Assembly: GCA_028279895.1 (NCBI GenBank)
Contig: JANQMY010000498.1
Coordinates: forward strand, 1-59,165
Length of the DNA stretch: 59,165 nucleotides
DNA from: Alphaproteobacteria bacterium
GTDB taxonomy: Bacteria; Pseudomonadota; Alphaproteobacteria; JANQMY01
Reading direction: 5' to 3'
Shown here: piece by piece, positions 54,909 to 59,165 of the stretch
Numbering within the stretch: position 1 is the stretch's first letter
How the letters are laid out: each line of letters begins with the position of its first letter
Notes under the pieces: generated by a model
Seen by the model: only the letters and a program-made list of their open reading frames with translations
Databases searched by the model: none
What the model was told of the DNA's origin: nothing
Position numbers and translations under genes: made by a program

Positions 54909-55445
54909 ATGTTGGGAGTCATCCATAAGAGTGCGGCCATGGCGAGAAATCACGGAACCAAGGGATTTGAGTGGGATTTGCCCAATCCGTTTTCGATTCC
55001 AGTCGATGTGGAGGACGGAAACATCGACAATTACGGCCACGTCAATAATGCGGTCTATGTAGGGTGGTTAGACCGATGTGCTTGGCAGCACTCCGTACAC
55101 GTTGGTATCACGAAGGCGGACTGCGATCGGATCGGTCGTGGCATGGTGGTGCGCAAGACGCAAATTGAGTATCTGAGACCAGCCTTCAAGGGGCAGCGCG
55201 TCCAAGTGGGGAACTGGGTAACGTTTGCAGACGGCAGATTGCGCGCAAGCCGGCGCTTTCAAATTGTCCGACATGGAGACGGTGTAACCTTGTTGCGCGC
55301 GTTGTTGCACTATGTCTGCATTGATCTGGAAAGCGGCAGGCCTTCTCGCTGGCCGGAGGAGTTCAAGAAGAACTACGTCATCGATCCGGCCGTTGCTGCG
55401 ATTGTCTCAGGAGAGAGCTATAGGTTTCAACCTGGTGTCGACTAG
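54909..55445 (+). CDS. hotdog-fold acyl-CoA thioesterase (YbgC/4HBT-like)
   Basis: Contains VDVEDGNIDNYGHVNNAVYVGWLDRCAW, typical of 4HBT thioesterases. The start is ATG 54909 or 54939, and the track start at 54789 would overlap rodA. Confidence 0.8.
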   Translation: MLGVIHKSAAMARNHGTKGFEWDLPNPFSIPVDVEDGNIDNYGHVNNAVYVGWLDRCAWQHSVHVGITKADCDRIGRGMVVRKTQIEYLRPAFKGQRVQVGNWVTFADGRLRASRRFQIVRHGDGVTLLRALLHYVCIDLESGRPSRWPEEFKKNYVIDPAVAAIVSGESYRFQPGVD

Positions 55446-55964
55446 GGCGTGATCATTTTTCACGGAAACATGATCATGCCTGCGATTCACAGTTGGGCGC
55501 AAAGCGCGATGGAAGCATGAGACATGCTGCGCGGCAAGTTCTCCCCCGATTGCCACAAGCAATCCATCATAACGGGATCGGCAATAGGTGTAGTGCTGGG
55601 ACGCGCGCGCTTGCCGCTGTTGGTACAGAGAAAGCTTCAGCCTTCTGAGGATCGCTGCGGCAACGTCTGGTCGTGTGCTCGAAAGCCACTCCTCGGGGCA
55701 ATGAATGAGAGTGGGCAGTAGACGTCTGCGGTCATAGGATGACACTCGTTCTCGGATGATTTGGCGATCGCGCCGCCGGGCGGTTCGGCATGACGGGGCC
55801 GCGAAGTCCTTCTTTAAATCAACAGCCCTTCGCCTGAAACCCATGGAACGACGGGCGAAAAAGTGGAATCCGGTTTTTCGCGTTACCGGCGCGACCATCA
55901 AAGAGTCCGTAGCATCGGACGATTTGGATAAATCGCCCGATGCTGTAGTTGGCACTTGGTTCAT
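55407..55964 (-). CDS. hypothetical protein (185 aa), basic, no family confidently recognised
   Basis: ATG 55964 has an AAGGUG RBS 5 nt upstream, and codon usage resembles neighbouring genes. The 3' end overlaps the convergent thioesterase by 39 nt. It lies downstream of a structured leader. Confidence 0.55.
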   Translation of the reverse strand: MNQVPTTASGDLSKSSDATDSLMVAPVTRKTGFHFFARRSMGFRRRAVDLKKDFAAPSCRTARRRDRQIIRERVSSYDRRRLLPTLIHCPEEWLSSTRPDVAAAILRRLKLSLYQQRQARASQHYTYCRSRYDGLLVAIGGELAAQHVSCFHRALRPTVNRRHDHVSVKNDHALVDTRLKPIALS

Positions 55965-56009
55965 GATGTCACCTTTTTCCTCCCTCAAACTCGTTCGTAT
56001 TTGTTCTGG

Positions 56010-56061
56010 AAAAAAGTCCGGGGGCCAGGCGGCGAGGGAGGGGGAAACGCCCGACCCCCGG
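56010..56061 (-). terminator. strong intrinsic terminator/attenuator in the leader of the 55407..55964 gene
   Basis: On the minus-strand RNA, CCGGGGGUCGGGCG (56061..56048) pairs with CGCCUGGCCCCCGG (56031..56018). This gives 14 bp with two G.U pairs and the 16-nt C-rich loop UUUCCCCCUCCCUCGC, followed by AC and U6 (56015..56010). Confidence 0.75.
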
Positions 56062-56069
56062 GGGCAATT

Positions 56070-56098
56070 TCTCATCGACCGGGGGGAAATCGATGAGA
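56070..56098 (-). promoter_or_regulatory. leader hairpin with a possible antiterminator role
   Basis: Perfect 9-bp inverted repeat TCTCATCGA-N11-TCGATGAGA. On the minus strand its loop is UUUCCCCCCGG, whose C-run can pair with the G-run of the 5' arm of the downstream terminator. Confidence 0.5.
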
Positions 56099-56107
56099 TA
56101 AGTTAAA

Positions 56108-56149
56108 CTTATATTATTGGCTATGCCTATGTCAATTGGACAATCCAAT
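56108..56149 (-). promoter_or_regulatory. putative sigma70 promoter facing the 55407..55964 gene, with two operator-like palindromes
   Basis: On the minus strand, TTGACA (56135..56130), a 16-nt spacer, then TATAAG (56113..56108). The perfect palindrome ATTGG-ACAAT-CCAAT (56135-56149) abuts the -35. The imperfect copy ATTGG-CTATG-CCTAT (56116-56130) fills the spacer. Confidence 0.6.
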
Positions 56150-56167
56150 GAGTTCGATTGTTATGGT

Positions 56168-56794
56168 CTAATAGTGGCGAACGGCGTCGGTCACCCGTCC
56201 AACCACCTCTACCGATTCCTGCGGAAAGATGGTTTCGTGGGAAGGGTCTGTAGAGAAAGGCTCAAGCCGCGGGGGATTGCTACGCCATCTTTTTAAGGTC
56301 GCCTGCCCCTCTTGGCGGAACACGTAAAATTTGTTGTCGATCAATTCTTTATCGGTATAGTCCACAACAATTATCGTTCCTGGGGGAAACTCCCGGTTGC
56401 ATGACGTACCGCTGACTTTTAGGGCAATCAGCGTTGAAACGTCCGAGGCGATGGCGATAAAACGTTCCGCGTCGCCGGGCTGATATGGGTCTTCTATCGA
56501 CACAAATTGGCCTGCCTCTACCCAACTGATCAACGGAACGGCGCGAACCGGTTCCTTGATCGGACTGAGATCAGCCCCCCAATCAACACTATCGGTTTGA
56601 GAACCGAATTCAAGCCAAATCGGCGTCACTGATAAAACTTTAGCGAGTGGTCCGATTTTGGAACGCTCGGGCGCATAATCGCCGTTCTCCCATTGGGATA
56701 TGGTGGCCTGGGTTACGCCCAGCCGGGCGGCAAGATCCTTTTGAGACTGCCGCTTTTGTTGCCGTGCCTGGCGTATTCTTTCCCCGATCGACAT
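56168..56794 (-). CDS. CI/LexA-type repressor: XRE HTH fused to an S24 peptidase domain
   Basis: N-terminal HTH QKDLAARLGVTQATISQWENG. Linker with VPLISWVEAGQF, carrying an Ala-Gly site as in lambda CI VQAG. S24 core VSGTSCNREFPPGTIIVVD retains the Ser, and ATLKRW retains the Lys. Confidence 0.88.
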   Translation of the reverse strand: MSIGERIRQARQQKRQSQKDLAARLGVTQATISQWENGDYAPERSKIGPLAKVLSVTPIWLEFGSQTDSVDWGADLSPIKEPVRAVPLISWVEAGQFVSIEDPYQPGDAERFIAIASDVSTLIALKVSGTSCNREFPPGTIIVVDYTDKELIDNKFYVFRQEGQATLKRWRSNPPRLEPFSTDPSHETIFPQESVEVVGRVTDAVRHY

Positions 56795-56862
56795 GCCTCA
56801 CCCATGTTCCAAATTGGGACCGTTTACAATTTAGCCTAATGGCACTGCATAAGCTATGCTTA

Positions 56863-56906
56863 TTGAAATAAATTGGTAATACCAATATAAAATAGGTAAT
56901 TCTTAT
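56863..56906 (+). promoter_or_regulatory. near-consensus sigma70 promoter, divergent from the repressor gene, with operator palindromes
   Basis: TTGAAA (56863-56868), a 17-nt spacer, then TATAAA (56886-56891). The perfect palindrome ATTGG-TAATA-CCAAT (56872-56886) fills the spacer. The degenerate copy ATAGG-TAATT-CTTAT (56892-56906) is centred 20 bp downstream. Confidence 0.7.
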
Positions 56907-56955
56907 AGGCACTCGGTTTGTGAGGGAAAGCCGGCTTAAATTAGAGGAATTGACG

Positions 56956-57198
56956 GTGAGAAAACCCCGCAAAAAATTTGAACTTGTATCTTCCCCAGAC
57001 GGGGACGCAACGATTGAAGCGGTGGGCGCTTCGACGTTCCTCTCGTTGCGTCGGGCCGGCACCCAATATCGTGTGGAAACCCGGGCCGGCGACGATGAAA
57101 TTGTCCGCTGCTTTCCCGACTGGTGTTCGGCTGCTCTGGCGTTCGCCATGCTTTATCACACGGAGCAATGTCTCGACAGGTTGGGAGGGCATGTGTGA
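56956..57198 (+). CDS. hypothetical protein (80 aa)
   Basis: GTG 56956 has a GAGGA RBS 7 nt upstream. It is the first gene downstream of the operator-controlled promoter, and its stop overlaps the next start (GTGATG). Confidence 0.55.
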   Translation: MRKPRKKFELVSSPDGDATIEAVGASTFLSLRRAGTQYRVETRAGDDEIVRCFPDWCSAALAFAMLYHTEQCLDRLGGHV

Positions 57199-57779
57199 TG
57201 GCACGACGTGGACGTAAACGTCAACTTAATGCGAGACGGCGCAAGACCACGGTTCGCGGCCGCCGGCCTATCGATCACGGAACTGAATTTGCGGCGAAAC
57301 GCCGGCTGGAACTGGTGGGGCGCGCAGACCCGGCACTGAGCGAAAGCGCCTTGGGCATTCTTTATGCGCGCGGCTGGATCGATGAACCAAGATACAAGGC
57401 GGGCACATTGTTTGCCGCGTTCCGTCAGGCGGCTTATGGCAAGTCCTTTGCGCCGGTTGCCCATTACGGCGACTACGTGGATGATTATGTACGTCGGTCG
57501 GCGGAAGACCGGTTGTCAGACAACGAGCCTTATTTGGTGTCGATAACGCGGGCATATCTTCGGGGCGACCGTATTCTAAGACAGGCTACCGGCCCGATCC
57601 GCACAGCTACCTGGAACGTCTGTGTGCTGTCTATCATTCCAAGCTGGGCCTTGCGCCCTTCGAGTGAAGGAATGAGCGAAGCGGAGATGCAAAATCGTGG
57701 CGACATCGTGGCGGGCCTTGATCTGCTTACGGACGAGTACGGCACGGACAAGCAATCGCAAAAAAAAGTGAGCGGCTGA
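57198..57779 (+). CDS. hypothetical protein (193 aa) with an arginine-rich N-terminus
   Basis: ATG 57198 overlaps the upstream stop. The N-terminus MARRGRKRQLNARRRKTTVRGRR has 14 basic residues (R/K) in its 23 positions. The remainder is soluble and no family was recognised with confidence. Confidence 0.65.
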   Translation: MARRGRKRQLNARRRKTTVRGRRPIDHGTEFAAKRRLELVGRADPALSESALGILYARGWIDEPRYKAGTLFAAFRQAAYGKSFAPVAHYGDYVDDYVRRSAEDRLSDNEPYLVSITRAYLRGDRILRQATGPIRTATWNVCVLSIIPSWALRPSSEGMSEAEMQNRGDIVAGLDLLTDEYGTDKQSQKKVSG

Positions 57780-57851
57780 TCCAGTTTTCTATTTACGCTT
57801 TGGCTTGCGCGTGCTATACATGCGACGTAATTGAGACTTACGCAGTGTGTC

Positions 57852-57884
57852 AAAGGCGCAGCCCGAAACGGCGGCGCTTTTTTT
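57852..57884 (+). terminator. intrinsic terminator between the 193-aa gene and the next small gene
   Basis: AAAG-GCGCAGCC-CGAAAC-GGCGGCGC-TTTTTTT, an 8-bp GC stem with one mismatch, an A-tract upstream and T7 downstream. Confidence 0.85.
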
Positions 57885-57930
57885 GTGCGCGGCGTCGGCG
57901 CCCAAGTGGGGAGGCGAAAGGTGTAACTAC

Positions 57931-58245
57931 ATGTCCCGAAAATCTGCGCCGCGCGGCATGCCCGTGGCGGAAACCCCGCCAAAGCCGAAGAACCACAGGG
58001 GCCAGATCGACGTGGCCGGCTTGCTCAAGGCCTTGGAAGCCCACGTGCTGGAAGAGGCGGCGCTGTCCGCCACGCAAGTCAGTGCGGCCCTTGGTCTGCT
58101 GAAGAAGGCCTTGCCGGATCTGCAATCCACGACCGTTGAGGGCACGGCGCCCACGCGTGTTTTTGTGGTGTCGGATACGCCGGACCCGAAGTCTTCGGAG
58201 GATTGGGTGCGGGAATTCTCGCCCACCAGCCGAAGGCCGAACTGA
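57931..58245 (+). CDS. hypothetical protein (104 aa)
   Basis: ATG 57931 follows a GGAGGCGAAAGG RBS region. The helical segment SATQVSAALGLLKKALPDLQS faintly resembles phage small-terminase-like proteins from memory, which I have not verified. The track start at 57847 would read through the terminator. Confidence 0.55.
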   Translation: MSRKSAPRGMPVAETPPKPKNHRGQIDVAGLLKALEAHVLEEAALSATQVSAALGLLKKALPDLQSTTVEGTAPTRVFVVSDTPDPKSSEDWVREFSPTSRRPN

Positions 58246-58286
58246 CGGCGATTTTAAACCGTTTAGAACATTCACTGCCAATTGAG

Positions 58287-58310
58287 GCCCCGCCATCGGC
58301 GGGGCTTTTT
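58287..58310 (+). terminator. intrinsic terminator after the 104-aa gene
   Basis: GCCCCGCC-ATC-GGCGGGGC followed by TTTTT. Confidence 0.85.
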
Positions 58311-58342
58311 CGTGTCGGGGGTCAATTCAAGGAAACCACCTT

Positions 58343-59165
58343 ATGCCCCCAAAACGTTCGCGCCACCACGCGTCGCAACCCCACACCGGTCCCGACGAAG
58401 ACGAGATCACCAATCTAGATCTCTGGAACAGTATGAACGACGTCGGGAAGGCGAAGACGGTTCGCGGCCTGTTGGACGAAGGCGCCCTCTCCAAAAACGA
58501 TATTACGGGCCTGATCAACGATGCGCCGATGATCATGGAAATGGCGTTGGCGGATAGTAAAGTTGAGGATCCGCTTGTGCGCATGGGCAATTTCGCGCGC
58601 GAGCTTATGGGAGACCAGCCACCGATTGTCGAACAAGAACCTCAGTCCGGTTTCGATCCAGGGCCGGGCATCTGCGGTTGGACCGAGGAGGATTGGGCCC
58701 GCATCCGCCGGGGTGAAGCCCCGCCGCCGGGCAGGTTTCAAAATGCGAGTGATCCGTCGCAGGCGGGGGAAGGCATCCTCCGTGTACCGCCGCAACAGGT
58801 ACAACGGGCCGGCCAAGAAAAACGGCGTGCTTTGCCGGCTGCGTTGCCGGCTGGCGCTCCACCGTCCGGAAGGGTGCGCGTGCCCCAGGCCCCGCACGAA
58901 CCTTTCGCGATCCTAAAATCGTTTCTGGCAGATGTGGGACTGCCCGGTATTCCGCCGAACGCGCCGCAATCAGCGGCGCCGTTTTCTTTCAGACCGACCA
59001 CCTTCCTCCAAGGCGTTAGCGATGGCCAGCAGATGCAGAGTGCGGGGCGATTGGCGTCAGTGACCGAGAATGGCGCGCAGCAAAACGGTGAACCGAGCGG
59101 ACAACAGCTGGCTGCCAATGAAAGGACTCCGGTGCATGGAGGTGGAGGAACCGGTGCCGGTGGGT
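58343..59165 (+). CDS. hypothetical proline-rich protein, 3' end beyond the window (at least 274 codons); absent from the supplied ORF track
   Basis: My own translation from ATG 58343 (RBS AAGGAAA 8 nt upstream) gives MPPKRSRHHASQPHTGPDEDEITNLDLWNSMNDVGKAKTVRGLLDEGALSKNDITGLINDAPMIMEMALADSKVEDPLVRMGNFARELMGDQPP... with no stop codon up to nt 59165. Codon usage is gene-like. The competing minus-strand ORFs are Arg-rich and look like antisense artefacts. Confidence 0.7.
   Translation, partial: MPPKRSRHHASQPHTGPDEDEITNLDLWNSMNDVGKAKTVRGLLDEGALSKNDITGLINDAPMIMEMALADSKVEDPLVRMGNFARELMGDQPPIVEQEPQSGFDPGPGICGWTEEDWARIRRGEAPPPGRFQNASDPSQAGEGILRVPPQQVQRAGQEKRRALPAALPAGAPPSGRVRVPQAPHEPFAILKSFLADVGLPGIPPNAPQSAAPFSFRPTTFLQGVSDGQQMQSAGRLASVTENGAQQNGEPSGQQLAANERTPVHGGGGTGAGG

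Larger units (their letters stand above)
55446..59165. mobile_element. accessory, possibly prophage-derived, regulatory module; right end outside the window
   Basis: Core synteny ends after rodA and the thioesterase. Beyond that lie a CI-type repressor, operator-bearing divergent promoters, AT-rich control regions, unknown small genes and three intrinsic terminators. No integrase, att repeat or tRNA is visible, so mobility is not demonstrated. Confidence 0.35.

Noticed and set aside
55756-56106. 116-aa plus-strand ORF opposite the 185-aa gene and its leader
   Set aside because: It has no RBS and its sequence is low-complexity and basic. It would run through the GC-rich hairpin and inverted repeats, which make better sense as minus-strand RNA structure. 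The minus-strand ORF has an RBS and better codon usage. Neither ORF is proven.
57847-57930. Upstream extension (GTG 57847) of the 104-aa gene
   Set aside because: It would translate straight through a canonical terminator hairpin and T7 run. ATG 57931 has a good RBS.
57931-58245. Calling the 104-aa protein a phage terminase small subunit
   Set aside because: My only support is a vague remembered resemblance of one helix (LLKKALPDL). The next gene is not a large terminase, and the gene is bracketed by terminators. I left it as hypothetical.
57850-59118. Minus-strand ORFs 57850..58296, 58415..58897 and 58738..59118
   Set aside because: They are extremely Arg/Pro-rich and lack an RBS. They lie opposite plus-strand frames that have RBSs, terminators and gene-like codon usage, so they are typical GC-rich antisense artefacts.

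Overview
This window reads as a conserved alphaproteobacterial chromosome segment of roughly 53% GC. I could not assign a genus. About 55 kb is tightly packed core genome. It begins with the distal dcw cluster (murF, truncated at the window edge, through mraY-murD-ftsW-murG-murC-murB-ddl-ftsQ-ftsA-ftsZ). Next come lpxC, a convergent XRE regulator, bamD, recN and ligA. A minus-strand block follows: aminopeptidase P, prmA, uvrD, a ClC channel, a pentapeptide-repeat lipoprotein and a hotdog thioesterase. After that come a GlnE homolog, fumC with a small RHH/DUF4169 pair, a PaaI thioesterase, a family III CoA-transferase and sspB. The remainder of the core is thyA-folA, apbC/mrp, hflKC-DUF2065-degP, serB, miaA, ilvIH-ilvC and the mreBCD-mrdA-rodA rod-shape operon. 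An RNA gene invisible to the ORF track lies immediately upstream of sspB. It is a circularly permuted (two-piece) alphaproteobacterial tmRNA on the minus strand at about 35.29-35.58 kb, encoding the tag ANDNEMAIAA. The only clearly accessory DNA is the last ~3.7 kb (55.45 kb to the window end). There, a CI/LexA-type S24 repressor with an intact Ala-Gly site and Ser/Lys dyad sits between two outward-facing near-consensus sigma70 promoters. Each promoter carries a pair of ATTGG-N5-CCAAT-type palindromes. One promoter feeds a highly structured leader (hairpin, 14-bp GC terminator with U6, competing C/G runs, and a loop complementary to the purine tract at the RBS) ahead of an unknown 185-aa protein. 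The other feeds two translationally coupled unknown genes, one with an arginine-rich N-terminus. These are followed by two canonical intrinsic terminators bracketing a small gene, and then a proline-rich ORF that runs off the window and is missing from the supplied ORF track. I consider this repressor/terminator-gated module the best candidate for an undescribed system, but its cargo is cut off by the window edge. A secondary oddity is that both nucleotidyltransferase D-x-D motifs of the GlnE homolog read P-x-D. No CRISPR array, tRNA, rRNA, transposase or integrase was recognised.
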